A DNA stretch of 64,000 nucleotides from Lingula anatina (taxonomy: Eukaryota > Animalia > Brachiopoda): positions 15,500,001-15,564,000 of the forward strand of contig CM120641.1 of NCBI GenBank assembly GCA_051362555.1. The letters are read 5' to 3'. The position numbers and the translations under genes were made by a program. Shown here piece after piece: positions 12,840-27,354 of the stretch (the stretch's first letter is position 1; the number at the start of each line of letters is the position of its first letter). Below the pieces are notes generated by a model. It was not told the origin of the DNA. It saw only the letters and a program-made list of their open reading frames with translations, and did not search any database.

Positions 12840-15800
12840 GATATGAAATTCAAATCATTTTAAACAATGCCTTTTGTAGTTAAATTTAAAATAAAAAAAT
12901 ATTTAAGTGAAAACTACTTAACTACTAGCCATAACAGAAACCAGAGCTATCGATTAACTTTAGTCATAACAAAATGTAGTTTATAATTGTACTATTATTA
13001 ACTATATAATCTATTGATAAAACATAGAATTACACACAAACACACCCATCAGGCCCTAATCTATTTTATTTAGTGGTTGGCTGACTGAGTTTGATGCTGT
13101 ACAATTTTTAATTTGATTTTGGATTTTCTACTTTCAAATATTGTTTCATCTGTCGAAATTCTGTAGATTCCCAGATCAAGATATTGGCAGGTTATCAATT
13201 TAATTCCTCAAACGTGAAAAAAGGAGAAATTGCACAAAATAATTGATTCTTTGCATACTTCTATTTTAGGAAATTCCCTGTATCAAAGGTCGCAAAGTGT
13301 GCTATCATCTGTCCGATAGATGTCTCAAGAACGTTTAATGTCAGGGGCTATGAAACAAGTTAATTGCGTTCCCTTAACAAAGAAAAGTATGTGTTTTCAT
13401 ATAGATTTTCCATTTATACACAGCTGCGACTCAATTACTGGTCAATTCATACATACATTGTAGAAACGTGCGTTTTTTCTACTACACAACACAAAATTAT
13501 TTATTTTTGGTGTAAGATTTATTGTTTAAAATAAAGGACACGTAAAATGTTTCATAGCAAAATTACACGGCAAAAATCCCCATAAAGGATTCTCGTAACA
13601 TCTTCAACATGCCTTAAAACAATATCAGAGGCACCACCACAAGAGGTAAGGATAGTTAATGTGCGGAGAAAACAATTGGGTGGTGAAATAAGTAGTTTTA
13701 ATTTTTATCAGTGTTTATGGTAATGTTGTAGGAAAGGCGTGCGCTCGAGCGTTCTGACAGTGCACTTTGTTGTCATGACTAAATTCCATTTAACGAACAC
13801 GTCAGAGACGTGTCCCCGCAACAAGAGGAAGAGATTGCATAAGACAGACGACCGACTCGTATCTAGTCAATAAAACGGGTTACGCTAGTCAATGACCTTT
13901 CTAGATCATTGCGCTTATTGCGGTCAGTACGCCAGTGTTAAATCCAAGAAGGCTAATTGTATTCTTTTTCATGTCCACCGTGTTAGCCAATCGAATAACA
14001 CCACAAAGAAAAGTGCTCTCTTTGATTTAACAGTATTATTTCCCCGGACTCAAAACACAAGACAGCCAAGTTAAAAAGGAATTTTTGTCTTTCCCATACC
14101 CCAGAATAGTAGTTTTCTCAGAGAACTGCATCTAAAATGTTTTGTTGTAATGTTTTAAATACGTGCATCTTTATTTGTGTTGATCAGTAATTTCTGGTGA
14201 AACATATTTAGTGCCCTAAAATGAATATATTTTTATCACAATTGAACATATCTGCAATCCGAATTAAAGCACGGAGGCATATTATGGCAAGAGATAATCC
14301 CGAACAAAACTTGAAAGAGTAAAAAAGATTGGAAAGCGTGTTTGGGTGCTTTCTTTATATCTTAAAAATGAATAGTGCACGTATTTAGTTGAAATGGACC
14401 ACAGCAGTTGTCTTTCAAAAACGTGCACGTGATCAAAATGTTTTAATGGACTAACACGCGCCAATTATTTAATTGTCGTGTCTTTAAGCTGAGAAGTGCA
14501 AGATAAGTTAATGTATCATTTTTGCTACAGAGGCTAACTCCATCGATTAGTTTCCCGCTATAATCGTGTTATCAATGCATACCTTTACTTAAACCAATTC
14601 AAGGTATAGTGTATTGGCAAACATTGTCAAGTTTAGGCACAAAGCTGATATTGACTGACTGACGCTTTCTCAAGCGTCTAACCATTAGAGACAATATAAA
14701 CGGACTATCAAGGGAATCATAATGGCAGGTGTCCGTATGGCGTGAATGGCAAGCATTTGTTCTGTCACGGTGGAAAATCGATGCAAACAGTAGTAAAATA
14801 GTCAAACTTTGCAGAGGATCATCGGTCTGTCTGAATGTCCAACAGTTTGTCTGCTGTCCGTTTGGTAAACTCATGGGTGAAAGTTGTAAAAAATGAAAAA
14901 TCGCGAAAACGTAGCTTGCAATTTCGTGATGACCAAAATGAAGACTGAAAATCTTAAAATGAGGCATACTCCTGAAAACTTTTACCCATGTAAACTGCTT
15001 TTGTGGCTGTCTGATACATTTTTTCTGTGTTTGCTTGGTTTACTATGTGTGTGTGTGTGTGTGTTGGGGGGTGGGGGGGGGTATGTGTGTGTAACAACAT
15101 TTTTGTGTGATTTCTTAGATGATTTTACTGTGAGCTTGAAAGTCTTCTGACGTGATCGCTTGCTTGGACACCTGTTGTGTTGCTTTCTGCTTGACCGACT
15201 TGGTCATCACCTGCTGGAATATCTAGTTTCACTGATGGCCCATCTGTATGTCTGATGACTTAACCCATTATTCAGCCTGCTTTCTGCTTTTTTTTTCGTT
15301 TAGTGTACTTACATTGGCATTTTTTGGAGGCAATGGATTAGAGAAGTTTGGATTGATATGGACATACATGAATTAATGGACATTAATCTTGATTGATGAA
15401 TATGCGTTAAAACAAACGCAAATGGTGTTTATGTTACGACAATACTGTTTGGAAGAATATGAATTTATAAACAGAGCTGAACAGATATCAACTGTCGCTG
15501 GTATATTTATTTTGAAGCAGTCCTGCTCTCTAATTAAGTTCTTTTTTTAGTTATTTTCAATTGATATAAATCGTACTTTTTACGTTTGTATAAAAATGAA
15601 TGCAAATGGACTAATGGATCCTATTTTAGACTTGTGTCATACAATAAGATATAATAAATCTATTAATCGATCCATGAATATTCTAGCAGTGGGTAGTTAC
15701 AAACTACCCTATGGTTAGAGTGCATCGATTACATTGTTATTGGATAGAAATAAGCACGAAACAGGACGTCAATGCATTAGTAATGCCTCTTAATGATTTT

Positions 15801-18800
15801 ATTCTACGTATAAACAATGGCTCCAATTAAAGTAATGACCAAGCAAGCATCAATTGCAGTAAGCGTCCGTTTATTGTTTTTATCAAAATCCCCCATGAAG
15901 ACTAGCATATGAAGAACTAACACAATGTTCGCGAATTCTTCTGTAGCGGCTTAGAATGAATTGTTAATATAACACTCATGAATCCTGCTCGGAAGATACC
16001 TTTGATTCGCTTAAATAGAATATGCATGTGATAAGCCTAAATCGAAGATACATTTGATTAGCTTAAACCGACGGACTCCCCCCCCCCCCCTCCCCCCCCC
16101 CTCCCCACCAACCCACTATTGCGGCGGGTATCAAAATAATTTACGCTACCTTCACGTGTGGTTTACCACGTTTCAGACTTTTTTTTTTTTTGCAGCTTAG
16201 TTCATCCCACACCTTTCTCTTTTTCTAGATATCAAAACAATAATAATCTTTCATTTTAAATTTCAGCCTTGCATATCTTCACGTCTTTTTATTCAATGCC
16301 AGGTGGAATGTATTCTATATTCATATGACATAAAACGCGAATTCCTATTTGATGTGGTGTCGCAACTGGCGTAGAGATACATCTGTAACAATATAAATGC
16401 AAATGTGAAACAAAATCGAACCTTTGGTAAAGTTTATCATGCACAAAGCATAATAACTTAGTTAATTATAATCAAAGGCCACATCAAAAGCATTTTCTTA
16501 AATTATTATAGGGGAATCTATTTTACTATAAAAATGAAAAGTGCCAACATCTCGCCAGTACATCAGGCCCGAACGTCCGTTTCATTGTGCTACAAATAGT
16601 TTAGAAATTATGAATTAAATTCATGGTATCCTTTTAAATTAACAATTATTGGATGTAACCACTGAAAGGGACACAAGACACGGGCTATTTACTATGTAGG
16701 AAATAAGCGCCTTAAATAAACTTTGAAATTATGAATGAAGGTGCCTCAAACGGGCTAATAAACCCAAACAAAAGACCTGTTTCTTATTTCTTACAGTTAC
16801 GTTCGTTGCCTTTGGAGATCTTTTTCAACCGAAAATATATAGCTTTTGGCGGTTGTTTGTTTAATTGACCTGAGCAACAAATTACAGCCAAAGAATACGG
16901 ATATCACACCTCGTACTTTTGTTTTATTTTTAGTTAAGTTTGTGTGAGCACCAATGAACAAACAGCTTCTACTGTCCTTGGGTGACAGATGACGTGTAGC
17001 AGTAATGTCCAAATATTTAATGAATCGATCATTGCCAACAAATTACGGAAATCACTCTTCCTTATGTTTTAACTTGATGCCAAGGTCGACTGCTAGTGAC
17101 CTAAATGAATCACATTGCAGTCCAGCAGATGCGTAATTTACAGTATAACCTTATATAAAAAACATGCTGAAGTTAAAGGCATTTGTTACCTTTTCTTCAC
17201 AAAGGTACTATATACTGAATTTTTACAACTCCCCCCCTCCAAAAAGAAACCCTGCTACAACGTCAATGAGCACATTTGCCCTTTTGTATTTTTAATGTGA
17301 TATTATCTCATTACATGACAAAGTTTATTTCCTCATTATCTAAGCGCATGCGGAATAATCCTAACGTACCCAACAAATTAACTTAAAACGAATAAATTCT
17401 TGAATTCTAGCGCTCAAATACGACATTTTAATTTAAAGAAATGATCAGTACGTGTAAACAAATTATCATTAAACTGACTGAAAATAATATCATATTGTAT
17501 AGTGGTATTATCTGTAAAAAAAAAAAGATTTTTTGGTAAAATTGCTGTCATGATTGTGACGGTTGCCAACTGAATGCATCCAAGCTTAATACATCCAATA
17601 TAATATCCGTTGACCGCATGATGCGTTTAATGGAAAGAATGTCAACCACACTGATCAAAGGAGTAATTTTCTTTCTGATTGACCCATGTGTAGAGTGTGG
17701 CGGATTATCAATCTGCATGTCAGGTGCAAAAACCAATTACATGGTTAGTGTTTTAAATGTTAATTTATTCCCGGGGATGTACCTCTGCTGGGGTACATAG
17801 AGTCTTATATCACATTTTACTAAAACGATAAGTGAAAGTAGCGTAAGGAAGTTGCAACTATAGCAGTAGCAGTTGAATGTGAAGTCAGCAGAATGTGATG
17901 TCAGCGGAATCTGGTTAACACATGGGGCTTTTCCCGTATCTTCTTTGTGGCCGGTGGATTGTAGAAGTGCGCAATGCGGAGTAGTGCAGGAATTATATAC
18001 TATAGCCTGCCGGAAGACTGCCAACAGGTAAAACTATTCACCATTATTTACAGGTAACACTCAGTTGAACACTACTCACAACACCAAACCAGCAGACAGT
18101 ACACTACAACATGTACATGTATAAGGGCCGCTGTAGACTCAAGTCACCATTGCTATTTAATGATAATAAGAATGATCATGCAAACTAGAATTTCAAATTA
18201 TGTAAGCATAGTTGAATTGCGGCAAATAATAAATCATTTCAACTATAGCAACTGTTGTTAAGTTTACATTGTGTGATCAATCACAGACATTATAGTTAAG
18301 GTAGAAAAAACTACATCACTCCTGTGTTGGCAGTTTGTGAGCTTGATCAGATATTCAAAATGAGTTTTATATTCGCATTTTCAGTAGTTTTGTCACCAAG
18401 CTTGTAATTTCTGTTATTATTATTATTATTGTTATTATTATCATTATTGTTTTTAGGTGCCAACTTGAGATTTTAATGATAGTCCTCTATAATATTTCAT
18501 AATAACAGCGTTCAAAATGTAATATGTATTATATCGACCCTTTGATAAACGTGTAATTATATCACGAGTCACACACGTGAAATTATCATGAACCTGGGGT
18601 GAAATTAAGTCATGACTGGATATTACACCAAAGGCAGGTCGTAGTATCTATAGACATATGTCTGTGCGTGCGTTTCTACATCGGGACCACGTGACTCCAA
18701 ATGTGGCAACGCGGTCACACCGTACCAACAATTGATTTGACAAAATCCATTGCGAATAATGAAATGCTTTGTGAACTGTAAGTGCCCGCTTAGTCTAACG

Positions 18801-21800
18801 TTTGAGATCTTGGATAAGTGCGATGTTTCTCTAACGCGCTTACATTAAGTATTAGGAAAAAGCAAAATATTTTCACGAGGAATAACTTTTAGCATGCTCA
18901 AAATATTTAAGATATTATTCCTTGTGGAATTCTGACAACATCAAACATCCAACAAGAGTGCAGTATACAATGTTCTTAACCATCATTTTACATTAAAGGT
19001 GAACTTAGGTGTTCGAAATTGATTGACACGCTGAGTGGAGCTACGGATAAATTACAATACACCCCAGAGACTGCGCGCCATCCGCACTGACTGTGTCGTA
19101 CTACAGTGTAACATCCGCAAGAAGGACGAAGTACGTGACTGATCGAGGACATCGTGTAACAGAAAAGGTGAGCAGCGAGGACCATTTGCTTAAAAAGACA
19201 TTGTGATTAACGTACGGTCAGGTATTAGATTTTGTGGTGTAGTGAAATAACTTATTGTATCAAATCAAAATACCTTAAACAATTTTTTTCTATCGTACTT
19301 TCTCATTACATCGCTGTGAGAATCATCAGCGAAGTTCTAGGTAAAGTAAATGGTCGACTATTGGCTTTCGCGATGTTCATTTGAAATAGTGAAATTACCA
19401 GTATTTATCCTGTGTAATATTATAGAGCATTTAACGAGAAATATGACACCCTATTAGATGTGGCAATGGACAAAACATGTATCAACAAAACAGAGCACTC
19501 TCATCATCGGAAAACGTTTGGCTCTCCGGGTTTGGTTCGATATCACTTTAGAAATATGACAAGGGCAGGGGGAAATTTCACAAAAAAGGTATTGTTTTAA
19601 GGCAACCACCTCAAGATGCCCTTTTATTATCTTAGTAATTTATATGTTTAACAATTTTTATTCAAAGAAAAAGAAAGCGAGGCAATTCCATTTCGCATTT
19701 TATGCTCTCCCTAAGAAAAACACCTATTCAAAAGAGGGCAAGTGGTTTGAGTAAAGCAGCAGTACAGATTAGCCGGAGGTAATGAAATGGTGACAGGCTA
19801 TACATGTAGGTCCTTGGTAATGATATTATGGAGTTAGAGGTTGAATCCAAACCCAGATCCATTTTTCATTAGCCATTAAGATTTGTGCTCACGAAGAAAC
19901 AGTGAAAGCTTGGCGCTTGCGTGAGGAATAAGGTCTTAACATCAAACAATGTTTCTTCAGTTATCTTTCTGAAGTAAATGAAAAATTTTCTTGGCTTCTT
20001 TTAATTCTGTGGCTGGGATTTTAATCTTAAAAGAGCATTTCTGCATTCAGGTTATTATTATTATTTTCTTAGAAAAAAAATTTAAAAAAGATACTCGACA
20101 GCGATCTTGTTGAGGAAGACAGCCGATCACAAGAAGAAAAACGTAGTAAAAAAAATTATATGTGATGGTTTTTGGGTATATTGTGGTGACAATGCAAGTG
20201 TAATGAAGATAAAGATCAAAGCCCCTGGAATTAAGTCAGGTACGATTTGAACAGTGGAGAATGAACAGGGAAATATCGAAGAACGAATGATGGTTTAACC
20301 ATAATTTTAATGTTTTTGTCAATATAGTGCACAGAGAAACATTACACCAAGAAACAGCAAATACATATCATCACAAAGCAAGCAAACTGCTTATATTTGC
20401 GTTTCCTATGTGAAGAATATTAGTTTTAAAACTTCATATTATCTAGACAGGAAAAGGTGGCGCTGCAAAATATTTAGCATAAATCTTGAAGCTTGGTTCT
20501 TAGACGTTTATTCCGAAAATCACAAAAGGATGGATGGAAATCGTAAATGTGTAAGTTCTGGTCGAATATGCAGTCTGAAAAATAATTTCCTGAATTTAAA
20601 TACTTCATGAGTGCATAAGTACACTTGTCGACAACATAACAGCATATCTCGGAGATATCTTTTTTGCTCTGCCCCATTGTTATCTACGTCATAACATAAT
20701 ATCGGTATTTGATTATCCCATTTTAATACAAACAATCTCATAAATATTTGATGCACAAAACGACTCAGTTATTCAATCAATAGATTTTCCATATGGTCTG
20801 ATCTTGATAAATAAAATTCGAACCTCTTAAATATAAATAAAATAGTTCACAGGATCTTCAACAATATTAAGGAATTTTTTTCATGGTAATTAGAATCAAG
20901 CAACCTCTTGAAACAACTATTGAAAGTTTCAATCTCAATGTATAAATTGGATAGAAAGGCTAATAAATGGACGTATATATAAATAAGAATTAAATGGATG
21001 AAATATGATAGACAAATGAAATAGGCAAGGGGGTAAACAGGTAATAAAGATCTGGTAAGTTGACATATATATTTTTTAATCTGAAAGAAAATGCACTCAT
21101 CACACAAATGTCACCATGACTTTCTTATCTAGCACTTTAACTCTATCGCCATGCCGAGAAGCACTAATCATAAACATTTGGCCGATCATTTCATGTGCTC
21201 ATTGATTATTACAGGATTTCTTATAACCCGTGTCAAGCTTCAGGCAGATTCTCGATATATTGATACATGTAAATACCGCCGTGATACATAGACCTCTAAT
21301 GCAGCGGCAAAATTTACCACCTGAAATTGATTACCAATAAATTGAGCAAAGTGTGTCTACTTTACTTCTTTCATGTTTTCTGAATCTGGAACATTGTTAT
21401 TGCCATTAACGCATGGAAGAATTGCCTAATGTTAACTGCAAAATACCGATTCACTGGACAACGAAATCTTTTTTCACATTCACTAGTCTAATATAACATT
21501 AACACTGTTTAATGATACCATGACATGATATGGGTTATAACGTGAATTGGTTTTATCATAATAACATAATTCACTATGAAACAGTTGAAGCGAGGTTTGC
21601 TGTTACCACTTTATGTCCGTCTTCCCTAGGGACTACATATACAACAGATACGTGCGTATACATGAAATATGCATCATAATCGCATATCTAGCCATAAGTA
21701 CTGTCATGTCAGGTGCAGTTCACAGAACTGTTTACTTTTATTGCGCACAAACATGAAGGATTGATGAGCAATGAGATTATTGCGCTATTCGAGAGCCGCA

Positions 21801-21960
21801 GAGGAAACGTCCTGAAGTAAGTTATCGTATACGGTGCGGTGTAGGCCTACATTTTTACTGAGTAAGGTGCAACACCAAATAGCATGTCTCTGGTACATTT
21901 CAGTTTCGTAATTTTATCGTGATATATTCTGCATGGAAGGGAGACTTTTGAGATGACAGC

Positions 21961-22092
21961 CAGGGCCCCGAAAGCATCGCGATATCACCTAGAGGCTACA
22001 GTGTATTATACGGGGCGAGTATAGGCGAGTTATGGAATCGAGACGCTTGCGCTCGGTCGCAATGCGCGATGCTTTCGAGTTACAGGGCCCAG
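21961..22092. mobile_element. Short palindromic MITE-like element
   Basis: CAGGGCCC...GGGCCCAG ends plus a 13-bp inverted pair CGAAAGCATCGCG / CGCGATGCTTTCG. Confidence 0.5.
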
Positions 22093-22882
22093 GTGGAAAG
22101 TTCCACGGCTATCAATTCATTGATTGTGTCATTATCAATTCATTCAAACCTGGCGTAGATAACCACTCCCTTATATAACATGTTCTCTGCCACAATGGGC
22201 GGATTTCATTGGCTGTAAGGAAATACGTCCCGATGACATATATACTGGTTAAATTACTTTTGAGAATTATCCTGGACTTGTATCGAAAAACAGCGCAAAT
22301 ATATCTCGCAAAAACTTCATTGCGTAGGGTATTTGTAAAATGTTGGCCACGTCATTGAATACTTATTAATATTTCGTTCTGGCCAAATATCGTCCAACCT
22401 ATGTAATGAATATATATTATTCATCACGTTAATGAACCCCACAATACCCGGTAAGAAGATTTGCCTATATAATTGCAGTGGTGTGAAACCGTTCGCCGTA
22501 CGATGAAACAACATGAAGTTTTTTAAAAAGAAGATGGTGGTTCTATAGGCCCTATTGCTATTTTGAAACGGCGTATTGCTTACGTTTTCGGAAATTAAAT
22601 ACAAATTTACAGAATGTTTTATATCGGTAATGTTGCTCCAAGAAGTGCACGGATTCCCACGCTAAGGATTAAGCTCTAAACACTGCAGTCTTAATGGATC
22701 TTCAAATTCAGAAGTGTTCTTAGTATTGGATTTCCTTAAAAATTTGTTGGCACTTCGATTATAATCATTGAAACTGTATCCTGCACTCAGTAATATGATC
22801 AATACCCTGTCCTTTGATTGCAGCTTTTACACAAATCCACTAATTGCGGAAATTCATGTTGTCCACCACCGGATTGAGGAAA

Positions 22883-25800
22883 ATGAAGATTTGGACCATA
22901 TTTCTCGTCTTCATAGGTGAGTGTCCTCCAAATGAAGATGCCTATGAAATGATGTAATAATCCATTGTTATTTCTTAAAGGTACACCGATAGTCCGAGAC
23001 ATACCATATACTCGTTAATAATGGAATACCATACCGATCTTAATTCTTAATCGAGTTCATAAGGTGCTAAAAAGTTGCAACAACAGACACACAGGCGTTG
23101 GCAGGGCAACTAGCCGTAACAGATGAATACACATTTAAATGGCGCGCCAATTACAAATACTAGTATAACAGATAACAGTAACCAAGGAGCTGTAAGCAAT
23201 GTAAATATAAGTGGGTATAAGTTTTTTCACTATAAAATACATAGAGCAAAAAGGCACATAATTTTGTTTGTCTCTGATGTGCTTTCGTCATATTTAATTT
23301 CGATGTAGATACCTTTTGACCGACGTTTTTTACTGAAGACGGAATATTAAGAAAAATTGTAATGGCTCCATCTTGTTAGGATTTGGTCAACATGTCTTGT
23401 ACTTCTAGAGTAATAACTATTGATCATGCGACGAAAAAGTGCCTTTGAAGGCCCCAAGCATGTGTGGCTAAGTCATTTGGAATGGCGGTATGTTAGTGAG
23501 ATAAGGACACATGTTTAAAGTTGTCTTTTTTTTCCTTATAGGTTTGACCACAAAGGGTAATTGATATATCATTTGCTTTTTTCTAGCGGACACCTTTCAT
23601 TCTTGACCTAAAATAGTTAATGTTTTTACCCCTGCTCAAGCTCCCCTGTATTATAGGCTTAATAGGGTTATGTATTTTAACGGATATTCTCGAGTTTACA
23701 TGAAAACTTTGGTATAGGGTTTGCATGTGGGTTTGCTTTGTAGGAATAGACTTTCGCAAAGATTGTTTCGAGTGACAGCGTTGCTCTATAGGAAATCCAA
23801 CAGTGAACTCCACGATGAACCACATTGCATTTATTTAACAAAATAATTAATGTGCCTCCAAAAGTACGCACTTCCCCTATTGTTTTGCAGCATCTGTTTT
23901 CTCTATTGTGTTCATCGATAATTCAGTCGGACATCGACAATCTGTTGCATGTTTCACTGCTTATTCATATTCTGTTTGTGGTTCTTTCATTTGTTATTAA
24001 TTTATTAAAACCTGTGATTCTGGTTTTTGTTTTGCTTCTTGTCTTTAACATGCAGTGCCTTAATGTTTACACTTTTCATCTTATCATTTGGTTTTTAGTG
24101 CTGAATTTTTTCATTACTTGTAAGTTGACATTGCATAAGCATTTTACATTTTGATTGATACTCTAATTTCAATATCCACCTATCTATCCTTATGGTATAA
24201 GCATTATTATTTAGTATTCCATCCTATGAGTACAGGTCTTAATCAATTTGATATAAGCTTACCTGCATTGCAGAAAATTTACGTTGTAACACATCACAAC
24301 GTACAAATGTGTTTTGTTTTGTGCTTCTAACGTCTAAAACAGTGAAAATTAAACACACTGCACATAATTTTAATGTCATTTTAACAGGAAGAATAAAAAG
24401 AAATTTAACTATTCAATTTTTGCTTAGTTGCCCCTTTTTTTACAGCATTCCCTGGCTTCTGTTTCCCTGCAGACATTGAGAGACAACTAGTTCAATCTCT
24501 GATGGTCAACTATGACGTGGACGTTCGACCAGTGGAGAACACGTCCGTGCCCATTGTGGTCAAGTTAGGCATGGCACTTAACCAAATTATTGATGTGGTA
24601 GGTGATGTGTACAGAACACCCTCCGGTATCATAAAACCGTTAATAGCTTGTACTTGGTGCCACTGATACAAAGAAATAGAGCTAATATATCAGACGGCAT
24701 CTTGACTTAAGAGAACTTTTAGGAAGAACTTTTGGGATGCCTATATGGTTATCTCAACTATTTGAAATCCTTTTCATTCAAGATGAATAAAAAAGCTCAG
24801 CTGTGGTCTGAAACACTTTCTGTCCGAGAGAGAGTCCTGCTTGTATACGAAGCATAAGGATGATATACATTTTACATTTGTATTAGTACTGTAATTAAGG
24901 ATAAGAAGTGAAGAAAAATTCGCCTGAAGCAGAGCAGCCTGCACTGTTTATGTACATGGTGCTTATAGAATCACTTAGCCAAATTGAATATAAATTTATG
25001 TATAATAATTTATTTGCGGGACGCCGATGTTTGCTTACTGAAAAATTCAGTAGTGCTTTAATTCTTGAGACATCAGAGGGTCCATCCAAAAAATGCCTGT
25101 ATAATGTTTTTCAGCAGGGGGTCGACAATTAGGGGCTAGTACAAACAGCTAAATATATTCTAAATAGAAATTGCTATTTCGAAGTATTTTAAGGTATGCT
25201 CAAAAATAAAGTAAAATAGCAAGACTATTCTGCAGAATGATTTATTCTAACTTAATAAAATATTTTAGGACGAGGTGAACCAAATCATCGTATCCAGCGT
25301 CTGGTTCAGACTGGTGAGTACAGATTGATTTAAATATTTAACCTGGGCGTTACCCCTTCCCCCTACTCACCAATCAGCCCAATTCACACACACACACCAG
25401 AAAGGTGTAAACTATATAAAGATTAGTTTTGACAATGATATCATTGATAAGAGTATCTGGATTTAAAATTAAGGACTGTGCTATTTGGCGGTTTAAGTTA
25501 TCGTTGATAGTGATTAAAACTATAATAACTGGGGGTTTCCCCTTTGTTTTGTCCTTTTCAAAGTGGCAGCAAGGGGACAACAAGTACCTTTTTATATATG
25601 GGCCTTTTGTGTGACAATGTTGCAGGGGTTGATCCCATTTCATTAATTGAATTCGAAGTTTCTTTTTTTAGCCACTTTCAAAAAGAATTTAACTCGAGAC
25701 AGCTATTATTAGAATCGAAAATCTCGAAAACAAGTTTAAAAACGGTTATTTTCTCAAATAAGTTACACATTGGTCACAAAAGGCAAATTGCTGAAAAAAG

Positions 25801-27308
25801 AAAAAATCATCACTTGCTGTAGCATGCAGCATGAAACTCTTTTTAGGACTAGACATAACTCCTTGGCGAAATGATGTATGTCATACCTAGCCACACACCA
25901 CCTAACTTTGATTTAAAGGGATAACAACTGTTCGAAAGATATCCATATTTCACAACATATACATTGTAAACAACTCATAGAAATATAATTTATTGTATTT
26001 TACTGCCAAAACGGCAGTTAACACAATTATTCTGGAATTTGTGCTTGCCATCACATCAACTGACCTCCATAGATGGCTATACTCTGTAATAATCTCTTAA
26101 CAGAATATTGACAGTGAAAAAAACCTTTTAGGAAAAAACTCGGGACTAACTCTGAATGTGGGAATGGTTTCACTTACCATTGGTAAAATTGTCCTTTACC
26201 CCTGGAAAATCCATTTTTTTTTTTTTTGGTCGACATGAACAGTTGTTATCTTTTTAACATCTGCCATCGCTTGTTCCCATTCATTTATCAACACGGGCAC
26301 TAATTCTCCTTGCATCAGAATCACACCTTACGTACATACTCATGGGGAAAGGAAATATTATACGCTACCTTTTTTTGTAATAAATGTTTCAGCAGTTATG
26401 ACTTTGTCGCGGTCTCTTGTGTGTAATCAACCGGCGACTGCTCTAATTGCACGGTGATAATCATAGAATTGTGACATCAACCACTAATCGATTCATTACC
26501 TTAATAGCATATTAAATATGAAAATTAGAATAACTTTTACAAAAGATTAATGATATAGATAAGTGAAACGAACTAAAAACTGCCAAACCGAATTAACTTA
26601 ATAAATTCGGTTGGGCAATTTTAAGTTCGTTTCACTTATCTTAACACAAAATATCAAAGTTTCTCTCCAGGTCTTTCGTTTCTAATATAGTATTTGCTCG
26701 TTTTTTAAACAAATGTTAAATAAGTGGGTCGTTTGCGTTTTGAGAAAATTGTGGACATATCAAATTTACAGAAAAGCTTAATGTTTTAGTGGAAAATGCA
26801 ATAATCCGATCAGACAACTGCAATAAGATCCAAAAGCTTTGGTTTTTCTTAAAATGTTAGGATTCTTTCATTTAAGAGATGGAACGACTTCAAACTGCGA
26901 TGGAATAGCAGCAGCTATGGTGGTCTTTCTAGTATCCGGATCTCATCTGGCAGAATATGGCGACCCGATTTAACTCTTTATACAGAGTAAGTAGTCTCAA
27001 TGAAAAGTTCCCATTTTTACAGAAGAAACTTGTGCACCGCTTTAGCCTTAAACTTGGTATCAACATATAGACCAAAAGTTTGATCTACTGAAGTTCAAAA
27101 GATTATTCAATTATTAAAATCAGTCTGAAATATTATCCATGTTTTACTTGTTATAAGAACAGACGCAATGTTTCATTTTATTGGACGGCATTTTTGGCCA
27201 AAGTAGACTACAATTTTAATCAGTTTAGATAAATTTTTGGGCTTATGTACTTTTGTGAAACAGGGTCCCTGGAGCTTCTTGACGATGCTGCACTGGATAA
27301 AGTGCCGT

Positions 27309-27354
<46 letters not shown>

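Noticed and set aside
6300-22800. Many short ORFs in the inter-nAChR region
   Set aside because: They are low-complexity or microsatellite-driven, with no motifs or consistent exon chain; a possible 5' UTR exon near 19.1-19.2 kb could not be supported.
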